The notes beneath the pieces are model-generated. The model ran no database searches. It was not told the DNA's origin and was given only the letters and a program-made list of their open reading frames with translations. DNA of 64,000 nucleotides from Massalongia carnosa (lineage: Eukaryota): NCBI GenBank assembly GCA_965645245.1, contig OZ287068.1:1674001-1738000 (forward strand), given 5' to 3'. Below, in pieces: positions 52,200 through 64,000 of the stretch; within the stretch, counting starts at the first letter, position 1; each line of letters opens with the position of its first letter. The translations under genes and the position numbers were made by a program.

Positions 52200-54951
52200 T
52201 CACATCTCTTCCCGCATCTCGTCAATTCGTTCATGGTCCACCAATCCCATCCCCGCCAGCCCCATCCCCATCGCGTTCATCGGCATCCCACGCCCCGGTC
52301 CCATGCCCATGTTCGCAATCGGTGCGCCTTGCGCTTGCAAACCCTCAGGCCCCGTAAGCGAGGGTTCGTCCTTCATGCACGCGTTTTCCAGCATATTGGT
52401 CCATTTCCCGCTCGTACCTGCATGGCTGTGCTTGAGATGCTGGCGGAAGTGATCGGCGCGGAAGAATTTTTTCGACTGATTACACTCGCCAAACTTGTGC
52501 ACGTTGGTGAGGTGGGCCACACGAGCTTCCCAATCCGGAGCCGGGTCGTTGAGAAACTCTGCCCCGCAGTAACCGCATATGTCCGGAGGGATCATGTTCA
52601 TCGGTGGTGAGGGGTCGTTGGGATTGTTGCCGGGAGAGAGAGTGGCTTGAGGGTGGAATACAGCGTCGTAGGTGCCAGCGAGAGTCGCACAGGACCAGGA
52701 ATGGCGACGCAGGTGAAGCGAGTTTTGATGACGCTCCGCTTCGTTCTTGTTCTTGAACCGGTTATGACAGAACTGACACACGTATTGCTTTTCCGACTCA
52801 TGGTTCCTACGAAGCAAGTACTAGTTAGCGACCAGGCAGGCGTGGCAAGGCGTGGCAAGGCGTGGCAAGGCTGTGGGGTGACATGACTCACTTCAGTTCC
52901 TGCAACGTATCGAATTTCTTCGGCTTCTTGGGACAACACTCGCAAATATGAACGTGAGCCTGTATCTTGGGGGCGCCGGAGTGCTTGGGCAGCGTTGACG
53001 GTTGGCCGGACATTTTCCGCGCGATCGCAGCAGCAGCAGACTTAGAGTCGGGTGGAGGTCGCGGTTGTGATCGTGACAGCGGGTCTTGAGGACTCGAATT
53101 CAAGGGTAGCGAGGTGACGTAAGGTAAATCACGAACGCTGTGGTGATGTTCGGATGAAGGTGAGATGCCGCCCGGCGAAAGCCGGTCGTAGGAGGAGATG
53201 CTGGTGATGCTACTCCCGACCGATAACCCGTTGGACGATGCGTACGAGCCGTTTCGAAGACTGGTCGATGATGCCGATGAAACCGAGCCGTGGGTTGGGA
53301 CGAATCGATTTTGTGGAGAAGAACGATTCGCGGAAAGGTGTGCGGTTGAAGAAGTTGTGTTACGTTGATAAACCTCGCTACTGATGTTGTTCCCCACCAA
53401 AAGTGACGGGGCTTTCTCGTCGTGCGGCGCCTCGGGAGGTGGGGAAGAAGCCCTCCGCTTCATTCCTAGGCGTGAATCCGATACCGAGGAGTGTGAGTTG
53501 AAGGTTGGTGAGAAGTAAAAGGAGGACGAAGGTAGGGAATCAAGGCTACTTGGTTGGGGCGGACGATCCTCGAGATGAAGTTGTCGCAAAGCCAAAGCAG
53601 ATGCACCGGTTTCTTCCATGGGCAAGTCGAAAACGCTACCGCTAATACCGCCCGAGTCCGGTTCGGCGAGCGCTGATTGGTCGTAACTGCCTCGCTTGGG
53701 GCGACTAGCGTAGTCGATACCGGTATTGAGCGTATTGAGCGTATTGACGGCGCTAGCGTGGTTCTGAGGGAAGCAATCCGCTACTGACTCATCCACGTTG
53801 GAGAGCATCGGTCCACTCCCGGAGCGTCGGCTTCGCTGGTGTCGCAGCACCTCTTGCGACGATCCAAATCGTCGCTGCTGCGGCGGCGGGGGCTCCGAGT
53901 CCGTGGCCGACGATGGCGTGCTCCCGTCCCACGTCGCGCTGCGATAGTCCATGTAGCTTTTGGCACTTGCGGCCGATGTAACCAGACCTGGCGAGATAGG
54001 CCGTGATTGCGGACTACCACCAAATCTACGAGGGAACGAGTCTTTCCGGAAAGGAAAGTCGGGGGATACACTCACAGATCCATCAGACATAGATAGGGAC
54101 TTGAGCGGGTGCGGGTGCTTTCCGCTTTGATAGAAGGGTGGCACGCTGGAGGTGGGTGAACCATCGACGCTACCGGAGGAATTCGCCCGAGGCGGCGTTT
54201 TGGGTTTTCCAATCTTCGAAAGCAGTTTATTGTCGTACGCATAAGAGCAGTTCTCTAAGTTTCTTCGCTCCAAATGCCTCGCGCCTTGCAACCTGGAGGA
54301 AGAAAATGGTTAGCCACGGATTTTGTTTTCGCGCTTGTGGCTCGCCAAAGCATTGGCAATCAATGTGCAGTACTCGCAGCATCAGAAGAAAAAAAAACAC
54401 TCCCACGGGAAGAATCCCGCTGCCTTCGGATCCGACCAGGAGACTAGCAAGACTGTCAAAAGAAATGCTTTTACTAACTCGTATGTCGCAAGACCCGGTC
54501 CTGAAAGACCATAACACCCTTCATCTTGATACCTCGAGGGTTCATGCTTTACTTCCACGTCCGGAGGAGACTTGATGGTTGTGGTGGAGCTCCCGCGCCG
54601 CGCATAATCTGGTCGGTCAGAACTTCCATCGCCTTCTCGTCTTCGATCCCAATGTCCTCGTAAACTCGATTGCGAGCTGACGGATCCTCCGATATTGTCA
54701 AATCCACCACCGCCAGGCATGTTGCCCCATTTCCATCCCAAATCACTGCCCGCAGTGAGGTCGTCCATGTTTGGAGGAGGAGGAAGTGGAGGAGGCGGAG
54801 GTTCTCCTCTGGAATTGGGAATTGGCATCGGCGCTCGTGTTCCCAAAAAAGGCATAAGAGCTGGTTTGCTAGTCGGTTGATACGAGCCATGCTGACCGTT
54901 GAAATCATCTACATGTATCGAAGGCGGCGACGTAACGCGTGTAAAATCCAT
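52200..54951 (-). CDS. C2H2 zinc-finger transcription factor, 3 exons
   Basis: HICECCPKKPKKF...H, YVCQFCHNRFKNKNEAERHQNSLH, CGYCG...HLTNVH, FRADHFRQHLKHSH; long Ser/Pro-rich N-terminal region. Confidence 0.88.
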
Positions 54952-55313
54952 GCTGGCTGAAAGTCGCCACAAGCTGAAAGTTGAAAAGTCGTGATAGGTC
55001 GTAAATGCGCTAATGCTGCTGCAGTTATAAAACAGTAGTTCCAAGCGGTGGCGATGGCGTAAAATGAGACAGCGAATCTGTGACCGGAAAGTGTTCAAAG
55101 CGCAAAATGGCAAAAACCAAGAAGACTTTTTTTGGGATTTCCCAGAAGCTGTCGTGACTAGTAAAATGCAAAAAAGCCCCAGAATCCCTAGAGAGCGGGG
55201 ACGAAAATAGGGTAGAAACGGAATTCGGAAAAGGCCCAAACAATAAAGTCGACAGCTGATGAGGATAATTGATCGGAGAGTGCGGCGTACGGGTTCTGCT
55301 TTTCTGACCGTCT

Positions 55314-55398
55314 CGTTCTCTCTCTCTCTCTCACTCTCTCACTCACACACTCACACACACTCTCTCTCTGACAACACACACACTCGCTCGCTGTCTCT
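55314..55398. repeat. Compound (CT)n/(CA)n microsatellite upstream of the C2H2 gene
   Basis: ctctctctctctctcactctctcactcacacactcacacacactctctctctg. Confidence 0.8.
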
Positions 55399-58168
55399 TA
55401 CTCCATCTTTCTTCCCTCGGCGATGGCGAAAAAGGAACGGCGGCGGAAAACACAAATAGGATAAAGGTTCGTACGTTACACGTACGGTAAGATAGGGTAA
55501 TGAGGCAAATTTAAGTTATCTAACTAGGTTACCTACTTACGTGCTTACAAGCCGTCGATAGGTAATGAATAATAATCATCGAGAGATTACAGAATACTTC
55601 GTATAACAGTTAAAATACGCTTCCAATTTCCATGTCCTTAACGAGCCAAATAACGGTGCTGATAGGGGCCCGTTGGGGGGTTTCGATCATCTCGTTTAAA
55701 TCTTGGTCAGCCCTATTTCTCTGTTCCTCGCCTCGCACAGGAGAGAGAACGTAGGGCGGGCACGATGGTCTTCATGTACAGCGTATACTGTGTAATCCGT
55801 ACTGAAAGTGAGATACTTATCACGTGATTTGGCCACATTCTTTCTCTTTTCTAATCACCTTTCGTGAACTTCTGTTCTTCCGATCAGCGTGACTCGAGAA
55901 AAATGTTACTCGGAATTACTCTGAACCTCAACTCAATCACCATTCTCTCTCACCCTCTTCACTGTCATGCTGCCCATACGAACCCCTTGGTCATCAAATG
56001 TCAAAGAACCCGATAGTATTCTTCCCATTCTCTGTGCGCCCGCTTGGTTTCCTGTCAAACGTCTGCACTCCATGAACAGCGATCCGACTACAGAGCGAGT
56101 AGCCTGTCCCTACAGAGCAGATGAGGCGATACGGCCTTACAAGGTACCCGGGCTAGAGATAAATAGCTGCAGCCGTAGTGGAAAATGGTACGAAATTCAT
56201 GCATCCCATCCAGCCGATCGCCTGAAAACTTTGGGTGCATTTCATTGGTCGCGACCCAAGCCATGGGGATGATTTCATCATGCTCTCTTGGAGAGCAATC
56301 GGTTCGAAAATCCACCGGCCAACAGGTATAAACCGTGCACTTTCATTATAGCCCTGCTGGAATGTGCTTCCCTTGGCCACCACCATGGCGTCAGTATGCG
56401 CGCAAGAATGTCACTTTAAGCATGCACTCAATCTTCAGGGTGAGCAAACGAACCAGGCAGCCTTGGAGACTTCCCACGTTTTGTGGGTACCGAAGCGCGT
56501 TAGTTTCAATATGCAGCTCAGCGATAAATCAACGTGCCCAAACCCGCCTAACCAAGTCTTTAGTTGAATGCCTACCGGGAAGCCGTTTTTGCTGCATCCT
56601 TAAGGCGAAGCTGGCAGGAAGTGGACGAATTGGAGTTCATGTAACTAAACTAGCTAAATCATTCGTGGGAGACCCTAAAGTTTGCCCTAGTCGCTGCTTG
56701 ATGAAAATTTGCCTCGCAAGTGCTCGGTACTCGGTACAGAACACAGAATATGGATAGGGGAATGGTTTTCGGTTCCACAATGACATGATGACACCTGGTA
56801 AGTAGGAGTCAAGAGAACCCAACTTAGAACTGCGCAGTAGAATGCGCATACAATAGGTGGCACTAATTGTCTGTTTGCTCGTCCGTGCGCCTAAGCAGAT
56901 CGTTGTCCATAGAGGGTACGTCGCTCACTCTACCAAAATGGAACAAGACTAGTAGCCTTTCCACTGCCCCAGTGAAAGCAGGAGTTCTCCTTTGAGGGAA
57001 AGCTTGCTAGAAAATAATAGGAACCAAGAGGTAGGCATGGGGTAGCGAATCAATATCTAGCGCCTCTTCTTCAGCTGACCGCCGCTTCAAGCCCGCCTTT
57101 TCTCGTATAGGTATGTTATCTTACCTCATCCAAGCTCAACATGAGAAGGTTTATTGATTCCTGGCAGAATGAAGTCGGACTTTTGTCAGTGCCTTTCCAT
57201 CTATTTGGGCCTCGGCTGATCGCCACCTTTACGAATAATGTGCAAATATGTTGCAACTGTAGCGACACGGTCGTATTTCCAAGAATGGTACTTGTTGCGC
57301 TCCTGCAGGTCGGATTGGCTTTTGCATAGATAGGCTTGGCATCACTAATATTCTTTGCTAGAGTTGGTGGTTGAAGTAAATAAACATGGGCAGCCAATCG
57401 CTTTCACCGTGATCTACAGATTTCATGTTTCTTTAGTAGAAGTTACTTTGCAACAATGTCGTCAGTATGCCGTCGAAGCAGGGGTTCGGAGGCCTTATAC
57501 ACCTTTGCCTGAAGGGGGCGAATCCAGACCTTGTTAAGCCACGAGGCAGAAACTTGCCTTGGGTTTGATAAGCAAGCTGTAAGACCTCTTAACCAATGAA
57601 ACACATGCTTAGAAGCCTAGAATCCTTGTGCAAGGTCTTCTTCTAGAATAGGGCCACGGTTGGTGATGTTTCAGATGAAGGGCTTCCTCATAAGGCTTAG
57701 TGAATGTAAGAGCAACTGTCCACATTGCGCTACACCCCATGGGTCACCTCAAGCTGTGTCAAGCGTCGCTGGTACAGAGTACTGTGTACAGCTTTACAAA
57801 GTCAAAACCGTAACGCATGACCTCGATCATACTCCTTATTGTCCATCCTATTCGGACAAATTGCAGGTATAAGTGCTTGATATTGCGAGCGGGGTAGGAG
57901 CAAGTTGGTGGACCGGTAAAGGAGAGCTGAGAATAGTAAGAGCGGCATCTCATTCAGACCAATGATGATATAGGGGGTTTACGCGCACATGATGCTAAAG
58001 AGATCCTGTTGGTGGTAATATCAATTGGTAGGTCTTGTTCGACGGAGGTTTAGCCCCGTCTTCGTTTCCTTTGCATTGCAAGCTAAATATTTCCCACGAA
58101 TCATCAGTCACTTGAAATATCGCACTCCTAAAGGGCAACTTACGCACGAACAGAGGGCGGTCTTTCCC

Positions 58169-59858
58169 ATGCAGAGTACCGAGATCTGTAACCAAGTTCC
58201 TATCGTGGCCATGAATAGCCTGCAAGGAGATGCAAGCCTTTACATTGGAGGGTAAGTTGTTGCATATGGGATTCAATTATGACCGATTTCCAGAAACGTG
58301 CTGTGGCCTTCCCAAGCGAAGCGGGCAAGAAGGACAGTCACACATCAAACCCTAACTAAGCCAAGTCAAGCCAAGCCGAGCCAGCCAATTCAAGCTAATT
58401 CTGAGCCCTTGCACTAACATAGACTGTTTTCTCTGCGGTGCCAAGAAGCCTTAAGCGAGGCCCACATCACCCACATTGTCTCCGTCCTCCGTCCTCCTCT
58501 TCATCGAGACTTTCCCATCCATATCAAGCATCTCCTCGTTGAGGTCGATGACTTGCCGGAAGAGAACATCATCCAACACTTTCCCGTCAGCAATGCGTTC
58601 ATCCAGGAAGGACTTGATGGCGGAGGGGGCGTGCTCGTACATTGGTAGGTCGTGATTCTTAACTCAGCGGACTCATTTCAGTCCAGTATGTTTTCATCCT
58701 ATAAATGTAGTTATCAAGTCTCCGAATGGTCTTTCGATTTCAATCCTTCTATTCCTGCCAGTTGACCGCTGGTGGCATCTGATATCATACGGCATTGCCA
58801 TCGACTATGCTCTCATCACTCCGAGGCCATTAGCCACATTGTTTTGACTATTTATCTTTTTCATTCTTCTCTTTACTGGCATCTTCGCTGTCGGTCAACC
58901 ATGGTCCCGACCAGGATCATCTCAACCCCCATTCCCAATCTCTCCACCCACTTTTTTCCCCTTTAAAATTATTCTCAAAGACCAATCCTAACCTCCCCCC
59001 TCCCTCCTCGCCAGCGCCATGGGAAAGTCCCGCTCCACAACCATCCTAACAGCCTACCTACTCTCCCGAACTTCCACCCTGACCCCGAAGGAGACCATTG
59101 CCCTGATCCGCCAAAGCCAGCCCATGGCCGAGCCAAATAAAGGCTTCATGTCCCAGCTCCTCCTTTACCACAGCATGCACTGCCCCGCCTCCCCCGCCTC
59201 GCACCCCGTCTACCAACGCTGGCTCTACCAGCGCGAACTCGAAGCCAGCCGGGCGTACGGCATCGCTCCCGAAACCATCCGCTTCAGCGACGAATCCAGT
59301 GCGTCTTCCACCGACAATTCCACCTACCAGCGCTGGTTAGCTGAGAGCGAAGCCGAAGCTGGTATCGCGCTCGGGAATGTCCACGACGGCATCCCCTTCC
59401 GCGATCGCTCCAATGACACCACCATCGCCGCACTCGGAGCAGAGCCCTCCGGATCCACCCTTCCCCCATCAAGCTCCTCCTCCTTCCGCTGCCGGCGCTG
59501 CCGAACCCCTCTCGCAACCTCGCAGTACCTAATCCCACACCACCAACCACCCTTATCCGCCGCCGCACCTCCACAACCAAGCCGCCCCGCATCCCTCCTG
59601 CTTGCCCCCTCTACTCCCTGTGCGCACCTCTTCCTCGAACCCCTCTCCTGGATGCGCCCGGAGCTAGAACAGGGCAAACTGGACGGCCGGCTCGAGTGCC
59701 CGAACGCAAAGTGCGGCGCCAACGTGGGCAAGTATGCGTGGCAGGGGATGCGCTGCTCGTGCGGGGAATGGGTCGTTCCGGGCATTAGCATTGCGAGGGG
59801 GAGGGTGGATGAGGTGGTGATGAGGAGGAGGAGCAGGGAGGAGGGGGGAGGGGGGTGA
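58169..59858 (+). CDS. YVH1: Dual-specificity phosphatase with C-terminal zinc-binding domain, 3 exons (start 58169 or 58211)
   Basis: LYIGG, ITHIVSVL, intron-split VHC|AMGKSRS, PNKGFMSQL, RCRRCR, LECPNAKCGANVG...RCSCG. Confidence 0.92.
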
Positions 59859-62800
59859 GAAGTTGAGTTCGGGAAGGTTGAAAAGAGCTAGCTAGCTGAT
59901 AGAGGGCGAGGGATTTAAACCATCCATGCACGAAACTCTATCCACCAACCAATTGACTAGCACCACTTACTTCCTTTATACCTCAAACCCTCCCATATAA
60001 ATTTTTAGAGCTCTCATTTCCTACCCATTTCGACATCTCTCGTCTTCGCCCCCCCCCCTCAAAATAAGCAATTGACTGAACTCCCAAACAGTTACACTCT
60101 CCCGACCCTCATCCAATCAACCACCCTTCTCTTCCCTAGGTACAGTTAACGGCAAACAAACGCCCTCCCTCCACACTTCCCTAAGCCCTCCAAGCCCCCA
60201 CCCCTGACCCCCGACCTTCTATGCCCAGAACTAAGCCCAACTAACCAACCAAATCACCCAATCCCGCGACATAGCTTACTTACCTACCTACCTACCTAAT
60301 TTCCACTTTCCGCTTTCCGCTATCCCCCAAAAAAACCCCCTTCTCCACCCTCCCCCATACCGCGAGCGTTCCCGCCCAGGTCCTCGCGCCGAGGGTGAAG
60401 ATTGCAAGGCCCCCCTAACAACAGGATCCCCCGGGGTGGGGAAAGAATTCAAATTTTCCGTGGTGGTGGCAGTTTGGGGAAGGAGGGGCTTTTCCGTGTT
60501 GCAGTGCTATATATGTACCTATGTATGGTTAGATAGCGCTGGAGGGCGTTCTCATAGAGTAGTTACTGGTGTTAGTAGGTAAAGGTAAGTGGAGGTGCGG
60601 TGCGGTGCGGTAGGGCGTTTGAGAGTGGGGAAGGCGAGCGCCATTTCGTGCGGGCGGACATGGATGATGGGGGTCCCCAGGAGTCGTCGCTTCAAGACAG
60701 GAAAAGCATGGGTTGGGGTTCAGCGGCTCTACGTACATCCCTAACTACCCCCTTTCATGCAAGCGGTGGGTGTGGTAGGAGGCGTTGGGATCTGCACGAT
60801 AGGTTCTTGGAGTGGAGGGGACGGCGTATGGGTTGGATCCTGATTGTAGTTTTGGGGGGGGGGGATGACGCAGGGATGAAAGATTGGATGATGGGGCTGC
60901 TTGCACCCACGAGAGACCGGGGTTTCAGATGGAGGGGGATGCTGGTTTGGAAAAACCCCTAACAGGAAAGCCGTTGGATGTCGGAGCTCCGGGGTAACAG
61001 GAAGGGGATGGGGATGATCTGCTTTCAGGGTCTTACTGCTGCGTGAGGGGGCAAGGCCATCCTTGCTGAATGGAGCTTGGTGGGTCTGAAGTCTGTCCTG
61101 GCACATGGGTGGGGGTGCTGGGCCGGGTTTCAGGACAAGGGTCATAAGAATGGGAATCCCAACTATCAAGGGCCGTTCTGAGGTTGATGAACCTAAGGCG
61201 GAGAGCGAAAGCTTGTGGTATAAAAATCTACCAAAGACCCTAAACAGGACACAATGCTGGGCCGCGGACTGCTTCACCGGAGTCTTTGAAGGCTGCAGAC
61301 CCCAGGGGTTCTCGCACCTGGTCTCAATGGGTGTTGTCCCTGGTAGCTTGAGTATTGGCTTTTTGGTTTCTGTCCAATAAGGACCCTCGGCTCTGGGTTT
61401 GTGCAAGAGTGATCGGTGACTAACTGCTGGTTATGTGAACCGTTTGAGCCACGCACAGCTTTGCAGCGAGTAGTTTAGCCAAAGGGTGAGGGACCCATTA
61501 GCGCTTTGAACGTCCTCGCATATAACAGTAAACAAAGGTACCTTGATAGCTTATTAGGTTGTGGCATTATCATCTCAAAGCTTTGGTTTGCAGACTAATA
61601 AATAATCAGCACTACCTCAACTTTATACTTCAGGGAGGTATCTAGTGCTAAATGTATATTCAGACATCTAGTATGTGTTAGTAAGAGTTGTTAGATGGGC
61701 TTCTGTCAGTAGTGCGAGATAGGGGAAAGGCAACGCATAAGAAATTAGAAAGGTTGGCCTAATCAGATAATGGCATAATCGGATAGGCCCTACGCAACTA
61801 CGTAAGTTCTTATAAAGGGGCCTAGGAAAACGCCATGGTGTTTTCAAATCCGTGTCATCCTTGTCTGGACGTTATCGTCGCACGATTCCAGCATAGATGC
61901 CCATGATGTTGAACTACTCATGAGATAGGTGGTCGTATAGCTAGTGTGATATTTTATTTGGAGAGTCGATGTGACATGTCAGCACTATAAACATGGACCC
62001 CATCTTGTCGGACGTGCGAGTGGTTACTGCCTTTCAACACCCGGAACCGCGCTATCCCAGACATGGCGATGTTTTTAATCATGTGGCCATGCTAGGCAAG
62101 GAAACAGATTATGGCGTTTAGATAGCAATCGAAAGGTAAGCTCAGAGCGCGTTGGTTGTCATCGATTCCAATAACCCAAGCACTCGTGTGATAGTGCCCG
62201 AAAGTACAAACGGTAGCATCTACGGCGGGGAGGTTTCGGCCGCCTGATCAGGAGTAAATGTACAAGGTATATTGAGACCACACGGACGTTCCTTTGGGCT
62301 CTTTGGCCAAGAATCATGTTCCAAAAGGGCATTCTTTGCGATAGGCCATCAAACTGATGGGGGCTTTGCATTATTAATAAGGTATCCATTGTCAGTCTCT
62401 GCTCTTACAGGCTCAAGATATCATTTTCAGTACGCAACCTTGCATAAAGCCTTATAGACAACTAAATTCGTCGCCTGATTGGAGAGCAGCACATGACGCT
62501 TGGAATAGCGGTGAATCGATGGCATAGCTCAGAGCTCAGTGGAATAGAGAAACTCAGCAAAGTGGCGGATTCGTTGCCCCTATGATCTTCTATAAGACTC
62601 GTTTTTTGGGGTGTAAATGAAAATCCTCCCCAAGCCATGCACCCAGGGTGCTACATGTAGCAGATGAGAGATATAGGGAGGGGCGTTTCGTGGCCTCGAG
62701 ACCAAGTTTTGAAAGATAGATAAATTAACTAGATATTGCAAGACCAGGTATTAATCTTGCAAGAAACATAACGGTACAGGGATGGCGTAAACAACCTTGC

Positions 62801-63512
62801 AGTAGTATATTGAGTAAAATCCTGCATATCTAGGAGCTACATTGAACGTAGACGAAGAGAATCGACTGGTCCAAGCAGCGATTTTGAAAGACTGATTAGT
62901 GATAATCGTTGTTATAGTTCACCTGTGAGATAAATCCCAGTACTTCTTCTGGTATCATATGATCGTTAACTTCAAGCAACGGCAGCTGAATCCTTTCCAA
63001 CCCCATTTAAAGCACAAACAAATGTAACAAGATAAACGATAACTCGGCGCCGGTCTTTTATTGTAATTCCATATAGAGTTCATGCCCGTATTGCAATGGC
63101 CAGCCAACAACTCAAAGCAGTTGATTTGGACCGCATGACGCGTTAGATGCTCAGGAACTAGAAAATACTATAAGCTTGAAAGCATAGATGAACGCTGTTA
63201 AGTTCAGAAATTCAGCGGCTTTCGTTTTCGATTCATTCGACTAATTGATAACATTATCCAATGTGCTTCTCAAGAGGACCGGGCCCGTATTTTGAGCATA
63301 TCATGTTCTGATACTTTCCTGAACTAATAGTGGTGTAAAGCTTGAGGTTTTCCCATTGAATTAAAGTATTAGATGAAGTCTCCATGTGCATGGTAAACAG
63401 GAGAATGTGCTCCAAGTAACAGAAGGACAAGGCATCATGAAACTGAATTCATGAAATACTCCTCAGTATGCAAGGCATCAGTCAAAGACTATCGATATGC
63501 TTGCTAAAGGAG

Positions 63513-64000
63513 TTATCCTAGCTTGTTAGTCGGAACAGATGGAAAGAGCGTTGGGTTCATGAGCGTATTTAGGCGCTCTCGATCTCTTCGAGCAATCTCA
63601 GCATTTCGTTTCCGATCAAGTCGTTTTTGGAAGAAAACTCTAGTTGTAATTAGTGTAAGAGTTAGGTCATGGTTTCAGGGCTATACTTGTTGAGAGCGTA
63701 GATACGTGGTATCTCTTCCATAACTGTCGGTGCTACATCTATTCCAGCGACGGTCTTGATCTTGAAAGGCTCAGTATCCATTTTCTTCTCTGAGAGCTCA
63801 TGCCAGTAGTGTTCACCTTGTCGTTCTTCTCCTTCATTAGTTTTTCTTCCTCGTCCTCCTTGAGCTTGTCATTCTCGGTCTTCTTCTCTTTCCCCTCGTC
63901 TTTACCTTTTTCCTTCTCCTTCTCCTTCAATTTCCTCTTCTTCAGTTTCTCTTCATATTCCTTCTGGATTAGCTCTGTCTCACGGTCTATCTCCTTTTGC
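63513..64000 (-). CDS. VFA1: Vps4-associated protein 1-like (DUF1742), 3' part only
   Basis: Lys/Glu-rich segment, then EEIPRIYALNKVFFQKRLDRKRNAEIARR...LFPSVP; stop at 63513-63515; gene runs off the window. Confidence 0.72.

Noticed and set aside
52839..52870. (GGCGTGGCAA)3 tandem repeat
   Set aside because: Short intronic minisatellite with no evidence of function.
60741..61406. 221-codon ORF and the surrounding gene-free 60-63.4 kb region
   Set aside because: No recognisable motif, Pro-rich from C-runs, no TIR or LTR boundaries found; cannot be supported as a gene or element.
62521..62582. tRNA-like AGCTCAGTGGAATAGAG with a weak B-box-like GGATTCG
   Set aside because: No cloverleaf, acceptor stem or anticodon arm could be built by eye; tRNAscan-SE would be needed.

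Overview
Gene-dense chromosomal segment of a filamentous ascomycete (Pezizomycotina-type genes with short GT-AG introns and CTAAC/CTGAC branch sites). It holds about 22 protein-coding genes: asparagine synthetase (partial), MAP2, a DnaJ protein, POR1, sphingolipid delta-4 desaturase, SCS2/VAP, a UBX protein, RAD52, an amino-acid transporter, an aspartic protease, MES1, a RUD3-like golgin, GUK1, CDC10, MRPL32, SKI8, NDC1, a C2H2 factor, YVH1, a VFA1-like partial gene and two hypotheticals. Five DNA transposons of the IS630/Tc1/mariner type lie in intergenic or promoter DNA in the first 34 kb: one canonical TA-flanked DD34E Tc1 element, two nested TA-flanked Fot1/pogo elements, and two related 1.3-kb elements (4455-5781 and 32806-34130). 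The last two are the main finding. They encode Tc1-fold DD37E/DD38E transposases but have CACGCGGG termini and 5-bp target-site duplications (CCACC and GTACG) instead of TA, which suggests a transposon lineage with altered target-site geometry. No rRNA, confident tRNA or CRISPR array was seen. Gene boundaries were read by eye and are approximate where stated.
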